DNA from: Vicugna vicugna | Taxonomy: Eukaryota | DNA: 64,000 nucleotides | NCBI GenBank assembly: GCA_013265495.1 | Contig: MU058423.1 | Coordinates: forward strand, 1,129,061 to 1,193,060 | Reading direction: 5' to 3' | Shown: positions 63,767-64,000 of the stretch, piece by piece | Layout: the number at the start of each line of letters is the position of its first letter | Numbering within the stretch: position 1 is the first letter of the stretch | Notes under the pieces: generated by a model | The model's database searches: none | What the model was told of the DNA's origin: nothing | The model's input: only the letters and a program-made list of their open reading frames with translations | Position numbers and translations under genes: made by a program

Positions 63767-64000
63767 TGTCGTGGTGGTTCACAATACGTCAGCTTGGTTA
63801 GGCTGAACCTCCCTGAATGCTCTCATTAGAATGAACCACAAGAGGTTCTCGAGCAATTTCAGGGGAAATGCAAAGCAGCCACTACTCTGTGGCTCACACG
63901 TGTTGTCGCTGATTGGCTGGCTCACCAGCTGTAGCCGGGCCTGCAACTACCCAATCTTTCTCTGGATCATACTTCAGCTTCTCTAACTTCTGGACCAGAT
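63767..64000 (+). mobile_element. ERVL/MLT2-like LTR start (runs off the window)
   Basis: TGTCGTGGTGGTTCACAATACGTCAGCTTGGTTAGGCTG resembles MLT2/ERVL LTR 5' ends. Confidence 0.4.

Noticed and set aside
56000..64000. Exons of the expected syntenic neighbour ATP5PB
   Set aside because: No matching coding sequence seen; the gene probably lies beyond the right edge.
1..64000. CRISPR arrays or prokaryote-type operons and defence systems
   Set aside because: The sequence is mammalian; no regularly spaced repeat-spacer array was seen.

Overview
Mammalian genomic DNA, repeat-rich with GT-AG introns. The tRNA-derived SINE family suggests a camelid-like cetartiodactyl, but that is an inference. The window holds the ADORA3-TMIGD3-C1orf162 cluster: an intact two-exon ADORA3 (+, 318 aa), a five-coding-exon TMIGD3 (+, about 216 aa, CD300/pIgR-like Ig-V type I membrane protein), and a convergent five-coding-exon C1orf162 (-, 137 aa). 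A frameshifted RPL27A processed pseudogene lies at the left edge. The rest is L1, L2, MIR, MLT/LTR, MER and SINE repeats plus candidate regulatory sites. Main observations: (1) the linker exon that in human fuses ADORA3 exon 1 in frame to TMIGD3 carries in-frame stops here, and there is a candidate independent TMIGD3 promoter and 5' intron; (2) the TMIGD3 3' end looks remodelled, with the stop codon inside AATAAA and tandem splice sites; (3) a (TG)12 tract abuts the Ig-exon acceptor; (4) a 30-42 nt locally templated G-rich insertion sits inside a young L1; (5) C1orf162 has a transmembrane-adaptor architecture. Human comparisons are from memory and need alignment. I see no clearly novel multi-gene system beyond these.
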